A stretch of 64,000 nt of DNA, taken from Balanoglossus misakiensis (taxonomy: Eukaryota > Animalia > Hemichordata). Each line of letters opens with the position of its first letter. Position 1 is the stretch's first letter. Below, in pieces: positions 13,201 to 28,200 of the stretch. Where the stretch lies: NCBI GenBank assembly GCA_040954595.2, contig CM082576.2, forward strand, positions 978,648-1,042,647. The letters are read 5' to 3'. The position numbers and the translations under genes are program-made. Under the pieces are notes generated by a model that saw nothing but the letters and a program-made list of their open reading frames with translations, ran no database searches and was not told where the DNA came from.

Positions 13201-16200
13201 TCTGTGTATTGTGCAAGGCAAGGTTGAGACACAATGCAGAGAATCCAAGAGCAATTGGCTTCCAAATTACGGTGATGCCTTGTTTCGTCTGTGTCTCAGT
13301 TAGGATAACTGCTGCATCTGTGGACATTGGAAACTGACATGCTAATCACCCATCAAGATTTGTACCCCGGAGACTGTATAGTGAAGATGCATCTCTGAAG
13401 TGGCTAGCATTTCAGTTGAACTAGAAATGCTATAGAGAGTAGCAGGGTGTGCTCATGTGGGTTAAACATTGATGGCTAATAATCTTTTAGAGTCTTTTCA
13501 TGTTCCCAGTAATTCTGTCAGCGAAGAAAAAAAATTGATGAGCTGTGGTTATAACAACATCTGCTTGGTACATCATCAACTGTACTTGTACCATTGGTTG
13601 AGGGGAAAATTAATAATAGCCTCTTTTTATTTGCATTCCTCTGTGGTATGTGAACTCTTGGCTTGGCAAGGTGCAGATGACAAAAAATAAATAATCTCTT
13701 TGGGGTTTATCGACAGGTCAGCTATCAGGGTTGTGGAACCAGGGTACATCCAATAAACTGTCAACCAAGACATTGATTCAAATTGCTCTGTGTTTGAGAT
13801 CATGACCGAGCACATTACTCAGACTTGCATTTCAATAAATCAGTGCGAAGGGATTGCCTTGCGAACTGACCCGGCATAAAATACGAAATTTGTTGAATAT
13901 TGGGTGGAGGGAAACTATTCCATAATTGTCATTCCTATGAAGCAATTCGTCTCCCACCAACAAATGGTGTATCTGTTAACATTTGGTGAGAGGTGTTGCT
14001 ACAAAATTGTTGTAATGTACTGTACACTTCTGTTATGAAAAATTCACAAGTTCTGGTCGGGCGATTGTATTTACTGAGGCTTTGATACAGGACAACTGGA
14101 ATATAAGTTTGACTTGTCAGAACTAGTGTTTCATGAAATAAATGTTGGCGGTAGCAGTAACATCACAGTTTGCAGTTGGCAACCTTAGGTTTGACAAGTT
14201 TGTTTGTCTACAGCGTAACCAATCACAAAGGTGGATTGTTTTCATTGTTTATTTCCTGTGTTTTCCCCTTCAAAGTTGCCCTTGTCATTGTCAGGGAGTG
14301 GTGTGTATGTGTGATTGCATAGTTTGCGTAGGTTTGTGGAAAACCACAAAGTACTTCACAGAACTGTAGCCTGTTTTAAAACATTATACCCGGTATATAT
14401 TATTTTCCAATAAAGTTATCTTGTTTGTGAGGCATGATTTAATCTGTTTTAATAAAAAAAAGGTTAGGAGATATCGTGCAAAATAAAGCTATGTCATGAG
14501 AAGTTTAACAAGGCCCATCAAATTAAGATGAGTTATATTAGCGATATGTTTAGAATGTAATCTGATCTGCTCCATAGTGTGGGATTTGTGGTCCAGTGCC
14601 TGGTTTCTGCTGATATTTCTTAGAAGTTTGGGGGATAGTTGAGGCTTGTACTTCATAACATTCCATTGAAGAAAGTCCAACAGCAAGGAGCCCCGTAATT
14701 AAGTAAGTTGAGAAGTGAGAACGGGAGTGCGTAGCCTGAAGGTTCTAGTCTGGTGAATACAGGCTGCTCTCTCTCTCTGCACTTGATGCCCACCACATTC
14801 TCTCACAGTAAAAATGCCCCCGAGTTTAGACAGTTTATTAATTGGGTTCCCAACTGTTGACCTGAAGTCATCCAATGCTGATCCCTGAGTTTAATCAACA
14901 CAGGAAGTGTTGATGTTTGTTAATGATGTTTTGGTGATGTCATGTCAACTTTGTGGTTTTAACCACCAAGAAGCCACTTTTTGTGGCAGATAATTGTTGC
15001 GATAAAACATACCATGCAGACAGTGACACTTTGGAAAGGGGGAAGACAAGTGCTTATGGAGTGTCCAAACAAGTCTTGCCTGGTAAGGTCATAGCAAAGA
15101 GACAGTATCAAGATTGTGTATATATGGACTGCCTGCTGTTTAACAGTCTATCAGGAGTCACATATCTTTGTATGGCTTCTTCTGACAACATTTGGATGGA
15201 GGAATGGCTTCTGACAAACACTTCCAGGGAGGAAAGTTGAGGCCAACAAAGCTCACTTTGTCAATGTGGACTATCCCACTAATCCCTAGAAACAGACTGC
15301 AAATATTATAGAATGGGGCCTTTTAAAAAATGCAAAGTATTAGAAATGTAGTTTGAATATAACAATGCAGAAACATAACCTGTGAAGTGTGACCTTCACA
15401 GGTGATGACTGAAAGAGTAAAAATCAATAATATCCTTGAAATAATAATCCCACTTCACATCATCAAAAATGCAGCATGTGCTGACAAACTGAAGGACAGT
15501 TGATATCAGCAAACTTGGGAAGAGGCCAAGAAACGTGTACAGAGATGTTAGAGAGGAGGAGAGATGGAATGGAGACAAGTATTTGTGTAGATATAACACC
15601 TTGTTGAGCCACAAACACATTCTGAGAATACCAAACCTGGCAGATTATTTGTCCCAGGAATGTCAACCACGAGATTGCAACATGTAGCATTTGTACATTT
15701 CAAACACAAGCCTGCAGCCATCCCAGACTCGCCACATGTGCAGTTTATCTGGCCATTTAATCAGAGTTTACACTGCACTGAACATTTATGTGCAGAGGCT
15801 TCTCAGAAAAAAAATGTAAATGAGATGTACCAGTGTATTTTGTATTCCACATCGTGTCAAGCAATGTGTTGTGTGGCTTTGCTCTGTTTTGGTAATACTT
15901 TCCACAAACCAGACAATGTTTTATTTTGGCAACATATTGCCCTTTGATATTACTGGCATTCCATCATAATGAAACACTCAAATTATTTTTTTTGGATATT
16001 GAAAAAATGTTGAACTGACCGGGTTTGTATGGTTATATCAATACATGTGTGTGATGTGGGCATCAAGAAAAAAATTGTAAAAAACTCGTAGCAGTCCGGT
16101 AACAAAAGGAATGGTGTACTTTGCAATCCACTGATAATTTAATGGAAACACTTATGATCACCATTGAAATTTATCTGTTGTAATATTTGAAAGGTATCGT

Positions 16201-19200
16201 AGATGCAAAACACAAGGGGAAGTACAGGAACCACTGTTGTGGAGTGAAATTGTGTTAGTGATTGTGACAGAAAATCAATTTGAAGCAAATAGCTGGAAAG
16301 CCCCTGAGTCAATAAATTTAGAATCAGTCTGAAAAACGGCCATCCTTGCCGCTGTAATGTGTGGTAATTATTTCTGTGTGAGAATCAAACTGTGCACGCA
16401 CTACACACATGGTCTTCAGAGAATTGCTGGCACCCATCAAATCATCCAATTTTAAGTGTACTGAGTAGTTGAAATAATAATGGTTCAAGTGAGAATGTAA
16501 GAGAATCCTTGCCAAAATGTACATTCTTGAGATGAAGCCAAAACTTCTCACCATGGCTGGTATAATGAAACTAAGACTGAACATCTGATCTAATGTCTTT
16601 TTTTATGCAGATACACAATATGCGTGTCACAGCTTTTGATCTGACAACTGATTTATTGCACATTTTCCATAAAGAAATGAGAATTGGTCAATTTTCTTTT
16701 CATTGTGGCTTTTAATTTCACATTTTCCTCCCGTCATTTATTAATGGCAGAGTAGCATGGAAAGTCTGACATTTTGAGGCAAAATTTATCTGTGTCTGCA
16801 GGGCAAATTGAGTCAAATATTTGCCATTAATGTGTGAAATACAGCAGAAAAAAAGCTGGCTCCCCAGAGACTGGTCTTTGTTATTATATGGTTGATGTGC
16901 ACTCGCACTTTTGGAGGGGAGAGGTTTTCTGGAATACGTAGATGGAATAAAAAGCTAGAACAGTGTTGGCAGAATGTTTTCATCAATTTGAAGAGTGTGT
17001 GCTACTGAACATGGCAGGCCTCAAGTCAAACTGTAATGTGACACACAAGTGAAGGGTACAGTGCATTTGTAAAGGTACTGATGATGTTACGTTTGGCAGT
17101 GAGCCAGACCCGAGAGGCAAGACTTGCCCATTAAATGTAGGCATTGCCAAAGTGAAATGTTAGATATGGTGATATGACGTCAGGGTTTGCAATCTGCCAT
17201 TGTTAATATGATAGGGGCATTTGTAAAGCACACAGAAATGAAGATATGAATACCTTTGTAATGGGGAAGGATTTCCTGAGTGGGCTGGTAATCAGTGCAG
17301 CATTATTATGATTGCACTTGGTTGATGCAACGCCCCAAAAGCTACTGGCTATTCGTTGCATGTGTGTAATATGAGCAAAGGAGAACAAAAAGCCCATACA
17401 TCATCAGATCACAAGCAAGACCACCTTTAAGACACAGGCTCACTAGCAGAAAATGAGAATCCAGTGCAGACATGGAGTCACAATTTGATCTGTTCATCAT
17501 TTTCAATATCCTTGAGAGAAATGTTAAAAGTGGTGGTTATCATACTGCAGTCATCTTCAGTATCTGTTGTCTTCATTTCATATCAAAATGATAACTTTGT
17601 CTGCCATTGTGCCAGTTGAAAAGTTCATGAGATTATACCAGCATAGGTAAGTCGAAATTACTGCCTGGCTTCAGCAATAGTGTGACCTGGATTTTGACTT
17701 AAAAGGAGGCAGCTTTATGCGATAACATAGATGACAGCTGTGCTGTGCTTTCATCAACTGCATCACTTCCAACTAGGAAGATAATTCTGAAATAATGTGG
17801 AGTCAATATGCAAAATTGCTTTGTTGCTGAAATAGAAAAAGAGATGTCAATTGTCGCAAAAATACAGAAAAGTTTCTTTTGTCGTTAATGCTTATTGTGA
17901 TAGACATCATAAACAATTTGTTGAAGTCATGTCTATTTTTAATAGGGAAAATAAAATAAAAATGCAAGTTTTGATGTGTTGGAATATTGGACAACAAAAG
18001 AGTTGACTGATGCAAATACCTGATGGTTGGAGGGGGGGGGGGGGCTTTTGTTTTCAGATCATCTGATGTCAGTGTTGTACACATTTAAGTTAAGTTTGCT
18101 GGCAGCTATTTTCTCAGGGAAAAAAAACACAAACATAATCCATATGGCCATGTGCCATTGTGTCGCACAAGTACACACTGCACTATAGATGTGGCAATAT
18201 GTCAGTTTACATTCTAGATAATGCATTCAGATGCAAGCTGAATAAAATAATTGTGAGGGGAAAAAATATGACAATGGTGGCCTAAATGCAAAAGAAGGTT
18301 GACAGATGCATTACATGGATTGTTATTGAGTACATGTATTGCTGTAGCAAAACAGCAGAATTCTTGCTGGTATGAGCCAGTGCATGTACATACTACATTT
18401 TAGATACAGGATATGCTGCTTGAACTGATAAGACCCAAATGTTTGCCAGAGCTGTAACAGAAATTGATTGTCGTTGCCCGGTTTAGTTGGTTAGTAACTA
18501 TACCGGTAGTCCTTACATGTACATGTAGTTGTACATACTGAGTCTGTTTTTTGACACATCGCGACTAGCGTGCATAGAATAGCCACCTGGTTGACTGTGG
18601 CCAGCATCTTGCTTTGGCCAAAAAGTTGCCTCTCATTGTGCTTGTGGGTGAATACATGTATGTGTGATCATCCATGTGTGTCTCGACCAGTTTAATAAGA
18701 CAGATGGTTGCATAAAAGCGAATTTCTCCATTGAGACAGAGTGCAGCAGTGGTTTTCATCCAATTTATAGGAGGCTGATGTCGTGAGCTGAGTCGGAAAT
18801 GCTGCACGATGTGGCTAGTTAAGTTGTTAATATACAGTTCATGATTTACTTCACGTGTTTCCGAGGTGGACATTGAGTCTCCGTTGATCAGGTTTTCAGA
18901 ACAGATGCTTCCCCTTGATCAAAGTTCAGCTGACTGGTATTAAACTAATAATATAAGGAAAATTCTATGCCTCTATTCATTACGAGACAGTTTACAGATA
19001 TAGTGGTTTCCAAGTGGCCGTGTGACATTGGCTAGGTCAATTGCCTTGGTCTGTCTGTCCGTTGTCGTTACTACTTCAGGGCTTGAGTGTTGGGATTACA
19101 TCTGTGAGATGAAATCATAATTCATTGTCCTTCGCTGCCTTATCAATATCTTGTTTCAACTCAAATTCAGGGGTCAGGTACAAAATTTACCAAGGGAGTA

Positions 19201-22200
19201 GTGCGTTAACTCCATATTGTCTCCGAAATGCTTGAAAATAGAGAATTTTTTTTTAGTTTAAAGTGTCATAGAGTTAGTTTCCTGACCTTTAAACCTTCCT
19301 CATTAACATATCAGTGCCTAACGACAGACTTTCCGTGGGTCTAGATCCTTTCATGTGCAGGGGCCCGGCCTCATTCTGATTGCCCCTTAACATTTACATA
19401 CAGGTGTCTCAATTTAAAAGGTTCATGGCAAGGGATCAGAACTGCCATTGTGATATTTGCCTGAAGATTACCAGTAATCCTAGATAGGTTTAGATGATAT
19501 TTTTTAAGTGAAAATTTATTTCAGTGAACTTTCATATAATTTCGATTTACATTGACATCAATTTGAAAGAAAATTCAGTATGGGATGATGCTGTGTAAAA
19601 TATACAAGTTCAAGGATGTGCCATTGTGGTCAGGGCTGCTAATATTGAAGCTCTCGTTTTGTGCAGTGTTGCTTATGTTAAGGTTTAAAAATGTTGTCTG
19701 TGCAGGTAGCGCTTACTCTATAATGGAATATCAACATTCTCCAACTTGTTAGTCTAGTATCTAGCTGGATTTTGTCCGCTTTGCTTCAAAATTACATTGG
19801 AGCACAACGGACAAAACTCAGCTAGACTACCAACTTGTATATGTCTGCTTATTTATTATTACATTTGATTAGATCTCTAGTTTTTGTAGGGATTTCCTTT
19901 AATTAAAACCTCCTGGCTAATGAAAAGTTGATGTACGTGTCACAGAACTGAATTGAAATCTTTACGTAATGATCATGCTGAAAGCCCTCAAACCTCTGTT
20001 TGATTTTGTTGTTTGAACTGAGTTTAGTAGAATAGTAATTCACCCAGTGTTCTTTTGAAGAAGTTTGTTTTCTTCATTGAAATTTCTGCCCAGAGTGTGA
20101 CCTAATTTTTTACGATCACACGTAGGTACGTGTAAAACGTTTTGTGGTCAGTTTATTCAGCTTTGCAGCATTCCAGGGGACCCCACAAATCCAAATGGGG
20201 GAGGGGTCAGATAATACCCCCTTCAATACACTTGCAGAAGAAAAGGCCGATTTCCGGTATGTGTTTGTATTCCAAACAATAATCTACATACAGGTGCAGC
20301 ATTGTGGTTGCAGCATGCATGCAGGCAGGCAGAGCCTGGCTAGCCTGAACCAATAAGAGGCTTATAGCCCCCATGATGATGTGATAGCGCCCATATACAC
20401 ACACACTGTAATCTGAAGAATAGTGGCCCTGGAGATGTAGACCAACAATACCTAGGCATGCATACATGTATACATACATATAAACATACCATAACACACA
20501 GGCACACGCCAGACCTTCCAGAAGGTCGTGACCGTATGCATCTCAAGTGTACTTTGAATGACTATAAAAAAAAGCCGACACAATTAAATCCTCTGATGTG
20601 TGCTATCTACATACAGGTGGAAGTCGCAGGGCATGAATTTGACCGTACTCGTGAAGAAATAAGATTTTTTTCTTGACCTGTGTATGTAAACTTGCTAAGC
20701 ACCAATCCTCTCGTGTCTCACCTGCAAGTCTGTAGAACTAATTTCACTGCAGTCGTAAAAATTGTTACTCTAACAGTCTTTCTCATAAAACCTTGTTACA
20801 TATATGTTCAACACTATTCCCAGGTAATTGGATGTGTTAATTCCACTCTTCGTTGAAAGTGGGTGCAACCATCCCTCTATACCAACCTAGCATTTTTAGT
20901 CATTTACCTTTGCTAGATGTGAAACATGTACAAATTGCAGCAATATTGTAGATTATCCAGCTTGGATCCAACAGGCATGCAACACTTTCCTACTTTTGCA
21001 CGGAAGTCAAAGTTGAGATTTAGTGGCATTTTTGAATTGGATTTCAGTTTCTGCCCTTTAATGACTGAACCATCTCCTTCCGACTTCCTTTTCCCTTCCA
21101 CTCTAATTTAGTTTTGACAGCATCTAGGGAATATGAAAGTTTATGGATTGAGCTAATTTAGAAATGGAATTGTAACCAGCAAGGGCAGTTAAGCCTTTTT
21201 TATTCTGTTGACTGAAGTGCTACTAATTCAGACCTCAAGGACATGGTTTTAATTGGCAACTTCATTTGTCATTGGTTCCTTGTCTGACTTCAAACCCTGG
21301 ATGTGTGTCTTTGCGGCATGAACAAAAAAGACCCGTACAAGCCGGTTTTTGACGATTTATTGACTGTTTCCACTGAAAGGAGCATGAATTTTTAATTGCA
21401 TGTAATGGGGCCAGGTTTCAGAATGCCTAATGTTAAATGGGCATTCCTTGAGCTATTATTACGGAAACTAGCCAGAGAGAAAAAAAATTGAAGCAATTTC
21501 TGTGACAGCTATAAAAGTGACAGTGTGAGAAATGAATTATGTGAGGAAGAGAAAGCATGGTGGGATGTGATGATGAGTTCCCACAGTTGCCACATAGACA
21601 CATTCCTTTCTGATCATCAAGTCAAATGCTGTGTTATGTAATATGATTTACTGAAACTGCTGTGGGACTCAGTACAAGGGGTGGCCAAGAAAAGACACCT
21701 TTAAATTGCTTATAGATTGGAATTGAACATGCCAAGCACAGAAGACAAAGGTGTGCACAATTACTTCTAAAATTAACTCATCATTCAAATCAATAAATTA
21801 ATGCTGTATAAAAACGGCCATAACTTGGTCAAAAATTCAAGGTGAATGTTAAAAAAAATGTTTTATGCAAAATATTTTTAAACAATTGCATACATGTGCT
21901 GCCAAGCCGTATTTGTAGTTCTCATGTTTAATATTTGCATAGTTTTATGCACAATTCTAATAGTGATGGGGTTTTATTTGATGATAACATAGGAGAGAGC
22001 AAGATTGAATCCAGAGGCGTAAAGTCTGAGCAATTGCTGTAACAACTTATTTGATCACGGTCACACATTTCTGAGTTGCTTGCTTGTGTGATGCGCGTGG
22101 TGTTCAACACTGTCATGTGTCGTTAAGTGTGCTACATTTGCATAAGCAATGTTGCGTTCAAAGACTTTTTGACTGTTCTCTAAAGGCTCACAGTTCTCCA

Positions 22201-25200
22201 AGGATTACTTTGAACTTCTTAAACCCTTGTTTCACTGCCTATTAGCATAAAACAGAAGTTGGCGAGGCAACTGTCTTTTTGTCCGAGCACTGTCGAGTTA
22301 GGTGTTAACTGGTCCAAAAATGTCAGACATGAAATACTTGTACCAGTTAATTTAAATTAGGATGATATTTTATAATCTGTAGATTTAACAACAACGGTAG
22401 GGATGTTCCCAGCCACCCTGTCCAAATGCAGGGCTTCAAACTTGTTCAACAAACTTATATCCCAAAAAAACCTTTCTGTCATTTCACTTCAGCTATCAGG
22501 ATCAATTTATAATTTTTTGTATTTCGGGCATAACAGATGTTTAATAAACGAATCTCCCAATCTGAAACCTGTTCTTCGTCATTGTGACATGTTTTTTGAA
22601 ATTCAATGAAGATTGTGGTTTCATTGTATCCCAGTAATGCATTGCCCACCAAGGAAGAAACATGTCAGAGTTAGAACAGCTTTGCCACCTTCTCTGAATC
22701 TGTCAATACTGTTATTAGTCTCTACTAATGGGTGGAACTGCCGATATCCATATATTATATGGTTTAAACCCTCTCACCCCCAGTTTTCTGTAAATGGATC
22801 CAACCATACCTTTGGAAGCAAAAGGACTTACCAAAATAACTGTGTTGAAAGGGTTAACTTTCAATAACAGATTATAAAATGTCAGTGGGAGTGCACGAAA
22901 GAAAAAAAAAGTTTTCATTTTGGTTGTGAAGGACATTAAAAGTGCTGTAGGCATGTTTATTTACTTGCAAGTTGCAACAGAATATGTAATCCAAACAAAT
23001 GATCATTTTGTTATCATGATGAGGTATGAAGTTTTCCCAGCATTCACAGCCGAAATGTGTTTTTAACCGGAAAAAATAATGGATGAGGCAGTGTGAAGGA
23101 TGGTTTCTATGGAAACTACAGTGACATTCAGGTACCTTTTAGAGGCGATGTTTATGGGAAGAGAAATTTGCCAGGAGTTGCACAGTTGCATGAAATACTG
23201 AACAGTCAGGACTCTCTCTACCCTCAGGGCATCAATACATTTGACGATTTACAACCCAGAAATAAACCAGGCAGTGTCAAATTGGTGAATTTACACTTAT
23301 TTACACAAACTGCACAATTTCACTCGCAGGAAGACGACTGAAGTGAGGTGACAGTTCTCTCCATAAAATTAAAACCTCAATAATTAATAAGAAATTCTTG
23401 TGATATTGTGTTTAGTGAAAAACAACATTGACTCAAATAGAAATGAGTTGCCTGACAAGCCTCAGCATGATTGGTTATGATATTTTTTACCTATAATTTT
23501 ACTACTAAGAGTTTCTTTGAAATATTAACCAAAATAATAAAAAATTCACTTATTATAAAAAAGCCGCCTCATATTTTATGGCGTTGGTCTCAAAAAGCCA
23601 TATTTATACAAAGATAACCTTGATTAAAATTTTAAACATCATTATAAAAGAGATCTATGAAAACCAGTTGAGTAAATCAAATAATCCAATCCCAAGCCAT
23701 TTGACTTTGAATTTGAATAATGGTGAAATGGTTATTTTTTTTATTCTTGATTAAATTCTGTGATTCAGGCTTGTGGGGTCACGTATCTCTGTATAATCCG
23801 TGCCATAAAGACTAATGTTTCAATGTAATGTATGTTTTTAAGTACAGATCAAAACTGTAGTGTATAGGTATCATTTGATGTTTTTTTCATGTTGCACTGT
23901 GGGATAACAGTGTGTTTTTCACTAATGGCAAAAAATAAGTTCTGCTGCATGGATTTGACAGCATCTGCTGTGATAGAGAATAAAATGGTGTAAGCTCCTA
24001 GTTCTCTCTGTTGCTGTGGATGGGATCAGTGATGTTGTTAGTCTGTGGCTTTGTGAATTCTTCTATTCAGGTTTGTACATTACTGCTCTGAAGTTGTCAA
24101 AAATTAGATTTCAAATTATCCTATAGGGTGACATTTGTGTCATTGATACAAGATACATCTGTTGACAAGGTAACGAACATGCCTCTTGCAAGGGGGAAAG
24201 TGTTACTCCCATTCTCTTGAAAAAAACTCTATTGCAGGCTGACTTTCCCCAAAGCAGAGAGATAATGTAGCAGTGAATACGAGATGTGAAATTTGGCAGC
24301 CAGCCAAGCTGTGTAGCTGGCAATCTGCCCAGTGCCCTCGCACTACTTTTCTGTGAAGGTTATTCAGCAGAATGAACAGCATCAAGAAAACAATCTGTCC
24401 TGGATGCATGTCACTTCATAATTGTGCTGGTTGATACATTCATTGGTGATAAATTTGTAATTTGCAAAGAAATATTTATACTGAATTTCCTGGAAATGGT
24501 GATAGTGCCTAGATTTTTCTAGGACAGCAGGTCATATGCTTAAAAACTGAATGGATATCTTGTAGTGTACATATATCTCTCAATTAGATATTGTTGTCCA
24601 GATGGGATGGTTGGCAATGGGTGATGTTTTTGAGGTTGGTGAGAGGAGGCAGTACATGCACACGCACGCACACACACGAACATCACATTCTAGCATGTCA
24701 TCTACATGTGACTGAGCATACATGAATACATCAGAAACCTCATCCTCTTTGACTTGCAACATATCAAATGTGTAAAATAAGATGTGGGAAGGCGGGGAGT
24801 TTTCATAAACACCCAAATTTAGCTGTTCATTTAATAAGTTATTCTAATGATAGCTTTGGCTTGCTATCAGTTGATATCAGATATTTTTAACTTGACCTGG
24901 CATTGATCTCGATGTCTTTCTCATCAAAAACCACCAGGTGCCTTTGGGGAATATATAGCCTGGATAACATGAGATGTTTGCGCATTCTCTGTCATAAAAT
25001 TTGTCTTTCAAAGGTCAAAATTAGTGAATTGGAATGGCCCTTGTAAAAGTATGATGATGATAGTTGCAGATGGTTGCTTTTTATGACCGAATGAATGAAA
25101 TAACTAGATAGAGAATCTGGCAGCGGTTAATTACACTTGCATTGGGAGGCTTTGCCAAAGATAGCTTCAATTTCCAGATTCATCTAAACCTTTATCACTT

Positions 25201-28200
25201 GTGTGTCATGGTCAGCAAACTGGCTATTAAAGCTGATCCAATCAAGGAGTGTACTTGCGTACCAATCTTCCAAACATGGATCTGCCTTCGCCCCCTCCCT
25301 CCCCTCTGCTGACTTCAACTGAGTCCATTTTTCCCCCTGCCTTTTGTTGGAGTTTGACCGTTGGCATGATGTTTACTGTTGGATGGTTGGTTTGATGGAA
25401 GGTGCTTTTTTGGCATGCTGGGAGAAAATCCAGTAATGAATTGGCAATTGATGTGTTTCCTCGCCATTTGCAGTCGGAGCTGATAAGAGTTGGTGGGAAA
25501 CTCTATGTTTGGAATGTCTCAGAAGAACAGGGAATGGAGAGATAAGGCATACAACTACGATCTCTTCTGCTCTTAAAAAGTTCATGTTTCAATGCTAGGA
25601 GAACCAGTTGTGGCAGATTTTTCACTCAATATCAATGACAAGCTGAGGGTGTTAATGCCATGCGTGGGGATAAATATTGCCTTTACACTGGGAGACTGCC
25701 ATGATAAGACAGCAACCATGATTTGTTGCATAGATACAGGTCTTCTGTTTCATGTGCTTCAAATGTCTGGTTTTCTTTGCCTTGAATCTCAGCAACTGTG
25801 CTGTGTAATTTGTTGATTAATGCTACACTTTGGTTTTCACCATTGGCACGCTACCTGTCACACAACATATCTGTATTTGGCTCCTTGCCAAAGAGGACCA
25901 TGATTCTTTGCCTCATGCAAACGCATGCACATCTATATTGCAGATACAAATATATGCACTATATGCACCATGTAAAGTGCATTTGCATTTACATGCTGTG
26001 ATGTTGTATGGTATTACACCTCTTACTGCTGAATGCAAGTATTTCTGTACATCTGCACAGACATCGTACATATACATAAAAAGACAAAATATATGAAATG
26101 CACAAATCAAGTAAATCTAGGAATAATAGAAGGGCTGTGAAAAGGTTAAAAAAACATTCATGGAATGATGGTAATATTAAAATGGTAATGATCGTCAATA
26201 TTAGACAAGATGTTTGGTGTGATAAATCTAAACTGGTACTGTAGCCATTTATCTTTTGTGCTTCATGGGCTTCAGGTCATAGAGGAAATATTTCTCTTTT
26301 TTATGTGCCAGCAAAAAACTCATAAATCTGTTGGCAGTGTAGTTTCATTTGAGTTATTGATGGTCTTTTCTGTGGGTGTTGTCCACAAAGCAAACAAAGA
26401 CATGTGAGAGAATATACAGAGAAACAAGAAAGTTGCAAAATAAAAGGTTGCTTTGTTATATTTTGCAAGTTCTGCACATCAGAGAAGTTCAGTGAAGCAT
26501 CAATCCAATGTCACTGTAGAATTATTTCCAGGTTCTGATCTGATTACAACAACAGTGTTGCTTTAAATGAAAATCATGCAGCCACTGAAATATGAATAGA
26601 ACCATACGGTACATATTCATACAATTCTGCTGTGTGTGCATAGAGGTGTCATGCACTCTTACCTCTTCCAACATTCAAAAATGCCTTCATCACACCCACA
26701 TGTAATGTACAGTACAACAAATGAGGTTGATTTACCATTGCAGTTGTTTCATGCTTTGAGCCCTGGAGTGACAGGAGGTGAACCATGCATTATACACCTA
26801 GAGTTTCGTTTTGCACAAAGAAGAGAAATCAAAAGCCAGTCATTCAGTACTTGGTAGTAAATACCATTCGGAACGTTATGTTAATTGTGAATTGTAAGGG
26901 TTTGAAGAAAGGGTCAAAGTTTCAGAATTCGAGCAGAGTTGAGTTGGTAGAGACGATGAATTTTTATTGTCTACTGGCACAAGTTCAAAGTTTATGTTCC
27001 ATTTTATCACCCATGTAACATTATTCCAAGACAAAGACATCTCAGGCTGATGAGAACAGCATGTCGGTGTGTCTTTGCAAAGGTTGGTTATCTTCATATG
27101 AGAACTTTGCTTACAGTTTTTCAGATGACAAAAAATTTCAGGACACTCATGATAAATACCTTCAAACCCTCGTGATAAATGGGAAAAAAAAGAAAAAAAA
27201 GTCCTGAGTAACACAAACGTAATCATCAAATTACTAAAACAAATGTGCATGACTTCCTCTGTGGTTTGCCACAGATCCCGTAACGACCCCCACCATTCTC
27301 AAATTGCTGAATTGGAGTGAGTGCATACTAGGTGGGTCCCAAATCTTGGAACTCTAAATCAGTAACTGTTAAGCATCATTAGACATTAGGCCAGTGATAA
27401 GCATAGCTGTGTTGTCATGGATACTCTGAACTCTGTGTCCCCTTTACATGTCGATCTTTTCCAAGATAAGTTTGTTAACCGCATGATGACCCGTCAAAAG
27501 AAAAGACAGACAAGTCGAAGCCGTTTAGTACTCAAAGATCACGAAGGGTATCATTTGATAAAGTAGCTGGCAGACATCAGCAGTGGAAATTAAACTCTGC
27601 ATGATTTGTAACATCAGCTCGAATCACAGGGCGTATATCCAGTACGATTTTTGTAGTTTTCTTTACTTCTTCTGAAACAGATCTTTTCTGATTCAACTGT
27701 AAGCACCAGTTCAGCCACAGTTTGGTTTTTCTCACAGTTTTAAAGCAATCCTGATATGGTCTGCCTGATTTCGTTCTTCAAACAAATAGTTCTGTTTTGG
27801 CATCAAGCTGTATATTATCAGTGGCATGGCCTGATAACTGTTTCAATAAACTTCAGTTGATACTCCCTGGGAAAGTCAAACTGGTTGGATAGACTGACCC
27901 ATAGTCTATGGTAGACCAATATCTGATGCACATACATGTATTTTACTCTTTCCATGGCTGTGAGAGTATATGGCATATGGCAATTCAAGGGGGAGGGGGC
28001 CTGTTACAGACACTATCCCTTGTTCTGAGGGTTGTTCTGGTTGACTGTTTGTCTTATAACATTAGAGGTATCAACTGTTGCTTCATGAACCTTGGAAGGT
28101 TCCACATGTTTAGTTTCCATCTGAAATTTCACATCTGTTTTTCCGATGACCACATGATTTTTTGTTTATCAGTATCAATGAACTTTGATTCTCAATTAGA

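Noticed and set aside
21564-21618. C box/D box pair (GTGATGA..CTGA) in the large intron
   Set aside because: Too short (~50 nt), and no recognisable rRNA guide.
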